A DNA stretch of 64,000 nt from a virus. The notes below the pieces were generated by a model. That model did no database searches. It saw only the letters and a list, made by a program, of their open reading frames with translations, and had not been told where the DNA came from. Position numbers and translations under genes: made by a program. Every line of letters starts with the position of its first letter. Within the stretch, counting starts at the first letter, position 1. Of this stretch, positions 11,501 to 20,686 are shown in pieces. The DNA lies in the IMG/VR virus record IMGVR_UViG_3300045988_034373, positions 117,963 through 181,962 of that record; one strand, written 5' to 3'.

Positions 11501-14500
11501 AAGGTTCTTAGAGAGAAGAAGAAGTTTGCGAGAGACTTACTCAATAACAATAAGTTCTTCTTATATGACAAGAGAGGCGAAATTGACCCTGTATTGAATA
11601 AGTTCATACATGGTTCAAATAAGTCCGAGACATATAGTATGTGGGCTGGTCCAGATTATGAATCTAAGTGGGTAGACCCTGATACGGCTGAACTTATTAT
11701 TGCTAAACTGGTTGATAAGAACGGTAAGGAGACAAGACTTACTAAGAACTCATTATTTGACCCGAAGGATTCTCAAGGCTTAATCCTTAATCCTCTGTTC
11801 GATATGTTCTTTGAAGTTGATAATCTAATCTCTAGTAATTTCTTAACCTCTACTGTTGGAGGACCTTATGGTCACCCATTAAAGTCTAGAATAGACCCTA
11901 ATGCAGATGAGGTAACTAAGATTGAACAAGAGGAGGCTGCTCGTACATTAGCGCAGTTTAAGCGTATGGTTATCTATCCAGCTACTATGCACAACTATGT
12001 GCAGAATCAGTTAAACGGTATTCCTCCTCAGTATAATGTCGCAACCATTAGGGATATGTCTGCTTCAGTTCATAACTACTCTGGAGTTACTTCTAAGGTA
12101 GATGTTCAAGATGGTAGTGGTTGGGCTAATCCATTCATTGCTATATTGGAGAATAACTCTCTAAATGATGCTAAAGCTGGTGAGGATAAGAAGCCAATTG
12201 GTCATAGTATGAATCCTATGTACTTATCTGAATTGGAGCTGAAATATGCTTTGATGGATATTTACAATGAACGTATCAGAGACTCTCAGAAACCCGACAA
12301 TGAGGGTGTAAGATGGAAGAATATGCTAAAGAAGATGACAGATAGACAATGGGACGTACCCGTTAATTTAACTGTTGCTTTCAATGGCAAACCCGTCAAT
12401 ATAGCTGAGAGTATTGAAAACCCTTACTATAGGGATATAGTTACTGGTAAGTTCTATAAAATTGTAGATATTAAAAGGACTGGTGATAATCTGTATGATG
12501 TAACACAAGTGCAGGTTAATAAGATGGGTACTGTGATAGGTCAGCCAGAACTCAAAGGTGGAACTTCTCTTCTTATTGATACTAATTACAAACTATGGGA
12601 AGCCTTTGGTGGAGAATGGTCTTGTGATTTAACCGAAATGGGATTATTTGAAGGCAACTCTTCTATTGAAGCAGTAGCTTGGTATATGAACAATATCGGC
12701 ATAGTAAGAAGTAGGGAGAATGAAGAAGCCTATGGAACAGACTTTAAGCAAGAGCTTTATACATTCGGAGAGGACTATGAGGAACTTCCTTCTGAGAGTG
12801 AAATCCGTAATCCTGATGGAACATTTACTGACTTTGCAAACTTATCTCAGATAGAAGTGTACCAACCACTAAAACACTCTGATATTCACTATTTAGTTAA
12901 TACTAGTGGTGCTAAGTGCGGTGCAACTAATATCAATCCTACAAGTTCTTGGTTCAACGATGCTCCATTGAGAAGCTTCAAGATGTCTACAAGGCATTTA
13001 GGTATTCAAATGGATGCTGACCACCATGCCGATGATTCAGAATTAACTGAGATGTCTCAGGTAATATCTTCATTGGAAGCTAATGGTTATACTCATCATA
13101 TTGCTAAGGAAGCATATCATGATTTAGGTTCTATTGTATATTCTACAATGAAGCGAGAGATTGATGCTGTAGCTGAGTATTATAAGATGGGCGATTCAAG
13201 AGAAATTTATAACATTGTAGGTAAGTCATTCTTAAAATCATTTGATGATAGTTCTAGCAATAAGGCTAGCTTGGCTGAAGCTATTATCTATAACATGAAG
13301 AAGGAGCTTGGTAAGTATCTAAAGATTTCAGAAGCTGATGTTAAACTACCCTTTAGTGATAATAATCTATTAGGTGCTGTTATCTCTAGCGTAACTTCTA
13401 TGATTAATAAGAATGCTATCAAGAGAAAGTATCCAGGTATTGCATCTGTATTGATTCCATCACATGGTGCTATTCAAATCTATAAGGCTAATGGAATTGA
13501 TTATACCTATAGTCAAGCCCAGTTGTCTAAGTTAGATTTTAACCATCAATTCAACCTGCAACCTATTATACCTATTACCGATATTGAGTTCGGTGAGAGT
13601 TATGTAGTTGTTGAAGGCACTCAAGGCTATCCTGTTGATTCTAATGGTGTAGTTCCAGAAGGTGCTTCAATGTGGGATGGTGATATGCAGCATGAAGCTC
13701 AGTTCAATCTTAATGTTCCTGGAGTTCAGCATATTACCGTTGATACCATTGAAAAGTATAATGCGTTGAGAAATGACACATCTGGCAGGTTAGTTAAGAG
13801 AAATCCTTATAAGGGACGTGACTTACAACCTTCTCGTACTCTATTTAAGATTGGAGGTAGACAATATAGTATATTTGATTCTGATTCTATCAAGTCTAGG
13901 TATGCTGTAGAGAAAGCCTTTGATAAAGGTGGAGTAATTGATTTGGCTAGAAGCGGAGACATTGATGCAGCTATTGAAATACTTAACGGCTTTAGGATTC
14001 CTAATGACTTAGTTAGTGCTAAACTAAATGAATTAGCAAACAAGCTAGCTAATAAGGACTTCTGGAGAATTAGTAACCTTGTTGATGACATTAAGAACCT
14101 ATATAGGGATGATGTTATCAATACCTTTAAGAGACTATCTGCTGATGGTACTGTTATCATTAATGATGAAGTTAAGACTATAGACCCAGAATCCTTAGAG
14201 ATTAAGGAAGCTGAGTTAATATTACCTAAAATCTATGCAACTAGGTTCGGTTTAAGAAGAGGTGACTCTCTGAATGAAATAATGAAGAATAAGGACTTCT
14301 TCTATAATAGAATCATTGATGCATGGAATGACAAGACTACTAAGTATGATATTGCTCTGAAAAGAGCTAATGGTAATCATACCTATATCATTCTTAAGAG
14401 TGGTGGTAATGCTAAGATTGTAGAAGGTTTACAGAAAGTAAATGTAAACACTATAGTTGAAGACGGAGAGAACACTCTAAGGGTTAATAACAAGGGTGAA

Positions 14501-17500
14501 GTTGAAGGTCCTCTTAACGATGCTGAAGTTTATGTTGATAGTAGAGGTAATGAAATTATCTTTACTGACAATGTTAAGCAGTTCTTAGAGGAGCAGTATG
14601 ATGATTACGATGATGTAACTCTGAATTTAACGTTGAAAGAAGGTACTCTAAATTCTGCATTTGATGTAGTTAAGGGTATTGACCACAAACTCACTGAGCA
14701 GTATAAGGAAATGGCTCTCCGCATGGAGAACAATGAAGCTATTACACTTAAACTTGCTTTGCAGGAGAAGAATACTCAACTTGATAGGATGTTCCGTCGT
14801 CTAGCAAGGGAGAAGAGAACTTCATTCTTGAAATCTCTTGAGTTCATTGCAGCTCGTATTCCAGCTCAATCTATGCAGTCATTTATGCCTATGAAGGTAG
14901 TTGCATTCTCTGAATCAGAGAAGAATATTGCTTATGTATCACACTGGCAGATTTGGTTGCAGGGTTCTGACTTTGATATTGATAAGGTATATCTAATGGG
15001 TTCTGAGTTCTCGGACAATGGTAAATATATTGGATGGTCTCCTTATTTCAATCTATACTCTGATGAAGTAAGAAAGGCTTCTGAATTACTGCCTATGCCA
15101 AGTGGTAAAGAGTATCAGGTATTCTATCCTGATGTTCAACCAGAAGACTCATTTGATATTACTCAATTAGTTAAGAATGTTAACTTGGCAGCTAGTGATA
15201 AACTTGGAACTAACACTAAGCGATTCATTGTTGCATTAGCAGACTTACTAAAGGGTATCAGAGACAGTGGTTATACTAAATTATGGTTAGATCCGAAGAG
15301 TATTATTGAAGCTAATTGGATGAATCTGGATACTGTAGAGAAGAGAATTAACAGACACTCTCTATATCTATCTAAGATTAAGTCCCCCGATAGGATTATC
15401 TCTATGATGAAGAACTCAGTTTCATCTAAGATTTATCGTATCATCAATGACCCAGCCAATATGGTTTCAGCTTATTCTCCGATTGAGATGAATGAGCCTC
15501 AAGCAGCAGCTGAGTTATCTGAATCTGGTAAAGAGGCTAAAGAATACACTTTGGGTAATCCATTTGTTAAGTGGAATATGCAATATCAAAATATGACTGG
15601 TAAGGACGTTATTGGTATTGCAGCTGTAGGTGAGAAGGTCTTCTTTGCATTATCTTATTACTATAATGAAGCTGCAAGAAGTGGCAATCCTGAATGGCAA
15701 GAGAATGCATTCTTTAGAAGGTCATTTAAGCTAATCAAGTCAAGGGATGGTAAGAAGTATCTTCCATTAGTAAGAAACATTATTGCTAATGTAAACTTCG
15801 ATGGAGTTGATACATCTAAGGTACTTTGGAACTCTATGATTGAACAACAATCTGGAGTTAGTATGGAAGATGCAGGTAAGAAGTATACTGAGGAGGAAGT
15901 AGCTTACATACGTGAGCAACTAATGAGTCAGCTCGGAAGTCAGAAGGACGCATCGTTAGTTATTTCAGCTCTATTATCAGCAGCAACTGATAATGCTAAG
16001 GAGTTGATTTTAGCTAAGATTAACTCTGGTTCTGATTTAGCTTCTGTATATCTGTATTCAATCATGCTAGGTATTGATTTCAAGGACATAGCTAACCTTA
16101 TGATTTCTAACACAGTTCAGACTATAGCTAAGTTAAATAAGACCAATATCTTTGATGAGTATAACCAGAGTTCAACTATTGACAGCGTGTTTAATAAGTT
16201 GGAGAATGGTTTACAAATCAAGAATTACTTGAATAAATTTGAAGGTCTTAATGAGGCTATTGCAGCTGTCTATCCCAAAGCTAAAGGTAAGTCTACCCAG
16301 GCTGCACTGACTGAAATATTCCAGCAGGATAATAGGTTGGAGCTACTCAAGAAGTTAAGGGAGGAATTTAAGACAACTGAAATCTATAAGAACAGCGGAT
16401 TCCCTAAGTTCAACCTAATGAGGTTTATGAATGATTTTGAAGAACTAGCTGTAATGGCTGACTCAATCTTTAAGAATGAGTTAAGTAGAACAGAATACTA
16501 TACCTTTAAGAGAATTTATAAGCTAGCTCAGGAGGTTAAACAGTTAGGTTCCATTCTGAGTGCCAATCAAGGATTACAAACTAATATGTTTGACAAGTTT
16601 GGCTATCTTGATAGAATTGAACAAGCTGTAAAGGATAGAGTAGACGAGTATGCAACTGGTATAGGGGATAACAGGGATGTTAGTATCTTTAAAATCCTTG
16701 AAGACAAACCATACTTAGAGAAGCTGCATGGAGGTAAGGAAGGTGCTAAAGTGTATGTTGAAAGCATTGTTAGAGCAGCTAAAACAGAAGGAATGATTGA
16801 TGACTTTAATACACTGAGATTCCTAAATGATGATAACTATAGAAGGCTGGCAACTTCTTTCTATAATCTGATTAAGGGAACCATCAACGTGTTAGATGTT
16901 ATTACTAGAGTTCCTCACTTTAGAGCTACTATTGATATGGCAGCTACAGACTTTGGTATATTTGATGCTATTAGTGCTAAGTTTACTAATGTTTACAATC
17001 TGTCCAAGTTACTAATTAGAGATATCTACAAGGTCTCTTCTAGTAAGGATAGAGATTCTATATATAGGAATGTTGGTAATTTCTTAGATAGTGTTATAAA
17101 CACTAAATGGTTCAAAGATAGAGGTGTTTCATTTACTATAGCTGAGGGGGATAGATACTTTGATAAGTATGGACACACTCATCAAGCTACAGGTAATGAG
17201 GTTGTAGATTTAGGTACTGGTCATGGTCAGGCTACTTTCAAAATGTGGTTTGAGAATACAGTAGTTCCAAGTCTTAAGAGAGGTCTTCAAGAGAAAGGCG
17301 GAGAGAGAAAACTATCACTTGCTAGAAACAAGTTTATAAGTGCTCTTCAGTTGTCTATTTCTGATAGAACTCTTACTCGTGATGTAAGCTATGCGTGGAC
17401 ACTTCCGATGAATATGTCGAGTATTAATTCCATTACTGAAATGAACAATTATGTAGAATATCTCACTCACTTTGATGAGTTGGATAAGTATACATTTAAT

Positions 17501-18046
17501 GGAACTCCAGTTTCGGAATTGTTCTTCTATTACAACATGATTGTAAATAAGAATAGGTATGGACAGACATCCTTGACAAGATTATTTGAGCACTTTGTTG
17601 GTGAGAAGCAGAACTCGGTTGTACAAGATTATTTCAAGTATATCGGTGATATGGACTACAACAAATTACTAAATAACTCTGATTATTCACTTGAAGATGT
17701 GGTTATGGCTTGTGCTATAACTGTCAGCGGAGGTAACTATGGTAAGAAATTCCCTTATATTAAGGTCTTCAATTCCATATTACAGACTTATGAGCTGTAT
17801 TCGTATATGGGTGAGTTTAACTCTTCAGAGCAACTTCCAGACGAAGTGGCTGATAATCTACCAGAAGGAGATGTCAGTGGTCCTGCTAACTACAAGCTAG
17901 TAGACCTTCCAAATCAGAAGGAGCTTATGAACTATTTCACCTGGTTGCCAATGAACTTCAGCAAGAAGCAAGATACAGAACCTCTAGAAGATAAACTGTT
18001 AAAGCTAATAAATCAAAACAGAGCAATAGTAAAGTATGAGTGCTAA
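8510..18046 (+). CDS. crAss-type giant virion RNA polymerase candidate (3,178 aa, DxDxD motif)
   Basis: Uninterrupted 3,178-aa ORF with the motif WQIWLQGSDFDIDKVYLMG (DFDID at 14969-14983). Its size and its position next to other giant ORFs and opposite the structural module match the Crassvirales transcription/cargo block. Confidence 0.75.
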   Translation: MRCIVTNDKKEIIIDSLNSVFNDTELITLEAKFKRLGEDLSPILVLDDERSISVISDIINEWIPEARDVAEMFEDDVQLALLTELEETKDLRITDLRKSGVAPANKAAANLNMDIREESLIDYQEKITSSTISNLYSSAQQPRNLMQDELRRSVISSFLVDFKEGRIVRSSQEFNKNLAALFNRLLADLKIYAEEVKVDFDNSLLLYDEDGKYTGQFSVVQKLADTLFGDKFNATYLDHLYATRTSSFRSSKALKAYNSYVILNNFDTLLKTLLGKTITIDQRYVDSFTDVTNDKYKLLDNSNLVKTWRSSDDVDALSEMGNITKILLEQTPMLHYPTGENKFNNYLEVKDFTYVFNKLKNIPIFSEIADKIRFAPNKFIPKLIDTALKTNTRGLTAHDKDIIFSVQRRFYKNNFDPYGDSEYSLTEIINKEYKEGQNGVLSQNLVDFVSGMIDKTVSTNHIGYRPSDSGNMEIFDVKDNNLNSHKLIIEKGINNINNTLSTEYRRDLLDKYSVRRNGAKLSIRIPGYTTKNGHSLHVVHANNSSRGISVFTVDSNRNQTPLSLSEMDRMVLEGDTDLIRALTEFLDDTLYQSLGLQPEILDAFREIVGASSDISAIMQLATLGGRSLMRNQIEKELADGTMDRASVPECFPAEYNKESALFDKRTGSLKTVIPDQANIVRDLARARMLVNGEAAKSNSRDLSGNSISNNGLTNLINTAKVNWIEAKHLSSYGYNVASLGSIFVKNPNLIFGTTVKKEAQSKDRSVTKSSAKFFSSEIAHSSILYDFWSGFLNKDGDMAGKFYIQPTVYSDKSRHYLIGIDGMQVLTPTFDETTGGNVGGKRITESTAEDIRNVHYASMAQMYRVMRDNLMADYQQTLAPILPMLGISSITTFSDVENVFNAINAKYKLKKDVEFFRSKGMPVNPENEAEYQQIMQSQMALASSPQDLYMLLAKDANTDVIDQIHFSGKGNLGINKLLKHYFEMFLDDAKTRSIYNAKVLREKKKFARDLLNNNKFFLYDKRGEIDPVLNKFIHGSNKSETYSMWAGPDYESKWVDPDTAELIIAKLVDKNGKETRLTKNSLFDPKDSQGLILNPLFDMFFEVDNLISSNFLTSTVGGPYGHPLKSRIDPNADEVTKIEQEEAARTLAQFKRMVIYPATMHNYVQNQLNGIPPQYNVATIRDMSASVHNYSGVTSKVDVQDGSGWANPFIAILENNSLNDAKAGEDKKPIGHSMNPMYLSELELKYALMDIYNERIRDSQKPDNEGVRWKNMLKKMTDRQWDVPVNLTVAFNGKPVNIAESIENPYYRDIVTGKFYKIVDIKRTGDNLYDVTQVQVNKMGTVIGQPELKGGTSLLIDTNYKLWEAFGGEWSCDLTEMGLFEGNSSIEAVAWYMNNIGIVRSRENEEAYGTDFKQELYTFGEDYEELPSESEIRNPDGTFTDFANLSQIEVYQPLKHSDIHYLVNTSGAKCGATNINPTSSWFNDAPLRSFKMSTRHLGIQMDADHHADDSELTEMSQVISSLEANGYTHHIAKEAYHDLGSIVYSTMKREIDAVAEYYKMGDSREIYNIVGKSFLKSFDDSSSNKASLAEAIIYNMKKELGKYLKISEADVKLPFSDNNLLGAVISSVTSMINKNAIKRKYPGIASVLIPSHGAIQIYKANGIDYTYSQAQLSKLDFNHQFNLQPIIPITDIEFGESYVVVEGTQGYPVDSNGVVPEGASMWDGDMQHEAQFNLNVPGVQHITVDTIEKYNALRNDTSGRLVKRNPYKGRDLQPSRTLFKIGGRQYSIFDSDSIKSRYAVEKAFDKGGVIDLARSGDIDAAIEILNGFRIPNDLVSAKLNELANKLANKDFWRISNLVDDIKNLYRDDVINTFKRLSADGTVIINDEVKTIDPESLEIKEAELILPKIYATRFGLRRGDSLNEIMKNKDFFYNRIIDAWNDKTTKYDIALKRANGNHTYIILKSGGNAKIVEGLQKVNVNTIVEDGENTLRVNNKGEVEGPLNDAEVYVDSRGNEIIFTDNVKQFLEEQYDDYDDVTLNLTLKEGTLNSAFDVVKGIDHKLTEQYKEMALRMENNEAITLKLALQEKNTQLDRMFRRLAREKRTSFLKSLEFIAARIPAQSMQSFMPMKVVAFSESEKNIAYVSHWQIWLQGSDFDIDKVYLMGSEFSDNGKYIGWSPYFNLYSDEVRKASELLPMPSGKEYQVFYPDVQPEDSFDITQLVKNVNLAASDKLGTNTKRFIVALADLLKGIRDSGYTKLWLDPKSIIEANWMNLDTVEKRINRHSLYLSKIKSPDRIISMMKNSVSSKIYRIINDPANMVSAYSPIEMNEPQAAAELSESGKEAKEYTLGNPFVKWNMQYQNMTGKDVIGIAAVGEKVFFALSYYYNEAARSGNPEWQENAFFRRSFKLIKSRDGKKYLPLVRNIIANVNFDGVDTSKVLWNSMIEQQSGVSMEDAGKKYTEEEVAYIREQLMSQLGSQKDASLVISALLSAATDNAKELILAKINSGSDLASVYLYSIMLGIDFKDIANLMISNTVQTIAKLNKTNIFDEYNQSSTIDSVFNKLENGLQIKNYLNKFEGLNEAIAAVYPKAKGKSTQAALTEIFQQDNRLELLKKLREEFKTTEIYKNSGFPKFNLMRFMNDFEELAVMADSIFKNELSRTEYYTFKRIYKLAQEVKQLGSILSANQGLQTNMFDKFGYLDRIEQAVKDRVDEYATGIGDNRDVSIFKILEDKPYLEKLHGGKEGAKVYVESIVRAAKTEGMIDDFNTLRFLNDDNYRRLATSFYNLIKGTINVLDVITRVPHFRATIDMAATDFGIFDAISAKFTNVYNLSKLLIRDIYKVSSSKDRDSIYRNVGNFLDSVINTKWFKDRGVSFTIAEGDRYFDKYGHTHQATGNEVVDLGTGHGQATFKMWFENTVVPSLKRGLQEKGGERKLSLARNKFISALQLSISDRTLTRDVSYAWTLPMNMSSINSITEMNNYVEYLTHFDELDKYTFNGTPVSELFFYYNMIVNKNRYGQTSLTRLFEHFVGEKQNSVVQDYFKYIGDMDYNKLLNNSDYSLEDVVMACAITVSGGNYGKKFPYIKVFNSILQTYELYSYMGEFNSSEQLPDEVADNLPEGDVSGPANYKLVDLPNQKELMNYFTWLPMNFSKKQDTEPLEDKLLKLINQNRAIVKYEC
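14969..14983 (+). other. DFDID (DxDxD) putative metal-binding catalytic motif
   Basis: Codons gac ttt gat att gat are in frame with ORF 8510..18046. The DxDxD motif is the signature of two-barrel RNAPs, including the crAss-like phi14:2 gp66 class. Confidence 0.65.
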
Positions 18047-19037
18047 GAACTGTACTTCTACATTGATAATTGGGGGGCTGGAATTTAAAGTCCAGTCTCC
18101 CAACATCAATGGGAATCCTCCAATTAAAGACATTATACAGAACATAATTAAAGTACATGGTTCTGAAATTTCTAAAGCATTATCTGACCCAAAAGGTACG
18201 TATGAAGTACTTAACATCAATGATATATCACATCTAAGAGGTAATGCTACATTTAAAGATATTACTGAACACCTAAACAGTTTAGGCAGACAGTACATAC
18301 CAATGAGAGATAGTTTAAGGGTATTAATATCCAAACTAAACAAAATTGTTCCAGAGTCTGAACAGAACATTCTTTGGGTTGCTTCACCCGTAACACTGAA
18401 CGATGTAAAAGTACCTAGTGTAAATGTTAGTACTAACGGAGATTTAGTTATTTTAGACTCCAACAACCTTAATAAGGTATATAACACACTAAGAGAGTAT
18501 TTCTATGCTAAGACTATTAATACTCCTGAAAAGATTAACCAAATCCTAGCTTTCATAGGAAGTATTGGTAAGGCAACTGATAAAATGAAGTTAAAGTCTG
18601 ATGTATGGATGGCTAATCTACAATCTAAGTTTACTGAGATGAGAAAGAATCCTGCAACGGCACTACACTATATTGTTAGTGATGATATTGTGAACGAATT
18701 AGTTGACCTATCTGGAATGAGGTCAGAACTTAATACCTTACTTAGAACACTAAGCAATGTTCAACTAAATGAGGGTAAGGGTAGACAGTGGTGGTTAGAG
18801 TGGGACGGTAATGCTGGAACCTATACTAATAGGAATGGTCAGCAATTTAGGTTCAACTTTAAAGAAATGGACACTACTATTACAGAATACCTAAAAGAGA
18901 AAGGTATTGAGGCAAATGAAGAGGAAATTAAAGCTACAAAGGCTGTCCTATTAAGTGGAATATCACAAGGACATCCATTGTCAAATGATGAGATATACGA
19001 TTTATGGGACGAATTTACTAGAAAAGGTTGTGAGTAA
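18036..19037 (+). CDS. Hypothetical protein (333 aa) in the giant-ORF block
   Basis: The ATG overlaps the end of the RNAP ORF by 11 nt, and the stop overlaps the next start (TAATG). No recognisable motif. The protein ends ...RKGCE. Confidence 0.75.
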   Translation: MSAKNCTSTLIIGGLEFKVQSPNINGNPPIKDIIQNIIKVHGSEISKALSDPKGTYEVLNINDISHLRGNATFKDITEHLNSLGRQYIPMRDSLRVLISKLNKIVPESEQNILWVASPVTLNDVKVPSVNVSTNGDLVILDSNNLNKVYNTLREYFYAKTINTPEKINQILAFIGSIGKATDKMKLKSDVWMANLQSKFTEMRKNPATALHYIVSDDIVNELVDLSGMRSELNTLLRTLSNVQLNEGKGRQWWLEWDGNAGTYTNRNGQQFRFNFKEMDTTITEYLKEKGIEANEEEIKATKAVLLSGISQGHPLSNDEIYDLWDEFTRKGCE

Positions 19038-20686
19038 TGGCTTGTATTAATCATAATGATATAACATATAAAACACTTCTAGAACTTTCTGGATTAACCC
19101 AGTTAGAACTTGATGCAAAGGTAAGGAAGACACTGGAGACTACTGGGGAATACCCATTCATCGAGCAAGTAGTGTCTTCTGATACAATTCCCGCATTAGT
19201 AAAGAAGTATAAGTTGGTAAAGTCTGGCGATAGGTATGTTGCTAAAGATGCTGACTTAGAGGGAGTGGATGCCCCTTATCTAAATAGCATCTATAGAGAT
19301 TTAGAGATAACAATAACTCCTCTATTCGATGGAGAGTCTTTAATAGACATTAAGAAACGTGCTACTATAAATAGAGATTTAGAAGTAGAAGAGGATTATG
19401 TTGGACCATACACTGAACCCAATAGCAATATATTTCCTCAACCTATTCAGGTTATTAATGGGAATTATATCTATCAGCATGATGGTAACTATTACATATC
19501 AAAACACAAAGTTGGAAGTTATACTGCATTGAGTAACCTACCTAGAACTAAGAATCTAAAGACAGCTTATTCTAAAGCTACTCCTGTAAATACTAAGTAT
19601 GAGGTTAATAGGGATGTTCTTAGATTCATATCTGACTATAGTAATCTATTATCTGCAGGGCAGAATGCTATATACAATACCAATTCAGAACTTCCACCAA
19701 TTATATCATATTATGGCAATTTTAACTATCCTAAGTTCAAAGTTGATACAACTCTTAAAGGCAAGTATGACATTAGTGAAGAAGGTACTATCCTACTAAA
19801 TCCAAATAAGATTGGTACAGAACCTAAGGCATTAGAAAGAGCTATCCTTGAGGCTGAGGGGTTCTATAGTGAGGAGGAGATACTTGAATCACTAGACAGA
19901 CTCACTAATCCGATTAAAGTGGAAACATTAAAGGTAGGTAATAACCAATATCTACTAAGGTCTACTAATAAGGATAACAAACTTAGCAATTATTATCCAG
20001 AGCTTTCTAATGGTAATGTAAGGATTAACAAACTTGAAGCACTGTTAGATAGATTAACTGACTTATATGGAGTTAAATTCAATAGGGTTACAAGTTCCGA
20101 ATTAAGGCTTGGAGGGTTTAAAGATATTATTCCAGATGCTACCAGAGTTAATGCCTTTATATTAAACGGAGAAATCTACATCAATACTGATAATGCTAGT
20201 GACGATGCACCTATACATGAGTTATCTCATATGTTGCTAGGCTCATTAAAGTCTACCGACTATGACCTATATTCTGCATTAGTAAACTCAGTGGAGAGTT
20301 TAGATGACTATGATTCTAGGTTAGAAGAGTTCCCCAATAGAGCTAGAATGGATGCTAATGAGGAGATATTCGTAGACCTGTTTGCCAGACACTTTACAGA
20401 GAATTTGGAATTACCAGTTGATGCTAATCTAATGGATAGGGCAGAATATGAAATTAAGAGAAATATTGACTCAGCTATCTTCCCTAATGAAAGTACAACT
20501 AAAGTTAGTCTAAATAGTATTAGTGGTAAATCATTCTCTGAAATCATGGACTTATTTGGAACATCTATTAATGAAACCACAATAGCTAATGCCTTTAATG
20601 GTAACGAATCAGGAACTAACAGACGACTAGCTAATATTAAAGAAGATTTATTAAAACAAGGATTATTAAAAGAGTATTGTGAATAA
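19037..20686 (+). CDS. Protein with a zincin-type HExxH motif (putative metallopeptidase), 549 aa
   Basis: IHELSHMLLG has HELSH at 20216-20230 and acidic residues 20-30 aa downstream (..ALVNSVESLDD). Coupled by TAATG at both ends. Confidence 0.55.
   Translation: MACINHNDITYKTLLELSGLTQLELDAKVRKTLETTGEYPFIEQVVSSDTIPALVKKYKLVKSGDRYVAKDADLEGVDAPYLNSIYRDLEITITPLFDGESLIDIKKRATINRDLEVEEDYVGPYTEPNSNIFPQPIQVINGNYIYQHDGNYYISKHKVGSYTALSNLPRTKNLKTAYSKATPVNTKYEVNRDVLRFISDYSNLLSAGQNAIYNTNSELPPIISYYGNFNYPKFKVDTTLKGKYDISEEGTILLNPNKIGTEPKALERAILEAEGFYSEEEILESLDRLTNPIKVETLKVGNNQYLLRSTNKDNKLSNYYPELSNGNVRINKLEALLDRLTDLYGVKFNRVTSSELRLGGFKDIIPDATRVNAFILNGEIYINTDNASDDAPIHELSHMLLGSLKSTDYDLYSALVNSVESLDDYDSRLEEFPNRARMDANEEIFVDLFARHFTENLELPVDANLMDRAEYEIKRNIDSAIFPNESTTKVSLNSISGKSFSEIMDLFGTSINETTIANAFNGNESGTNRRLANIKEDLLKQGLLKEYCE

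Noticed and set aside
18005-18487. 160-aa minus-strand ORF, together with neighbours such as 17958..18158, 20637..21146, 24711..25235 and 13807..14160 that lie antisense to the giant plus-strand genes
   Set aside because: They lie entirely inside long, uninterrupted, motif-bearing ORFs on the opposite strand. Their composition is low-complexity and Ser/Leu-rich, typical of shadow frames in AT-rich DNA. They have no independent start context or regulatory signals.
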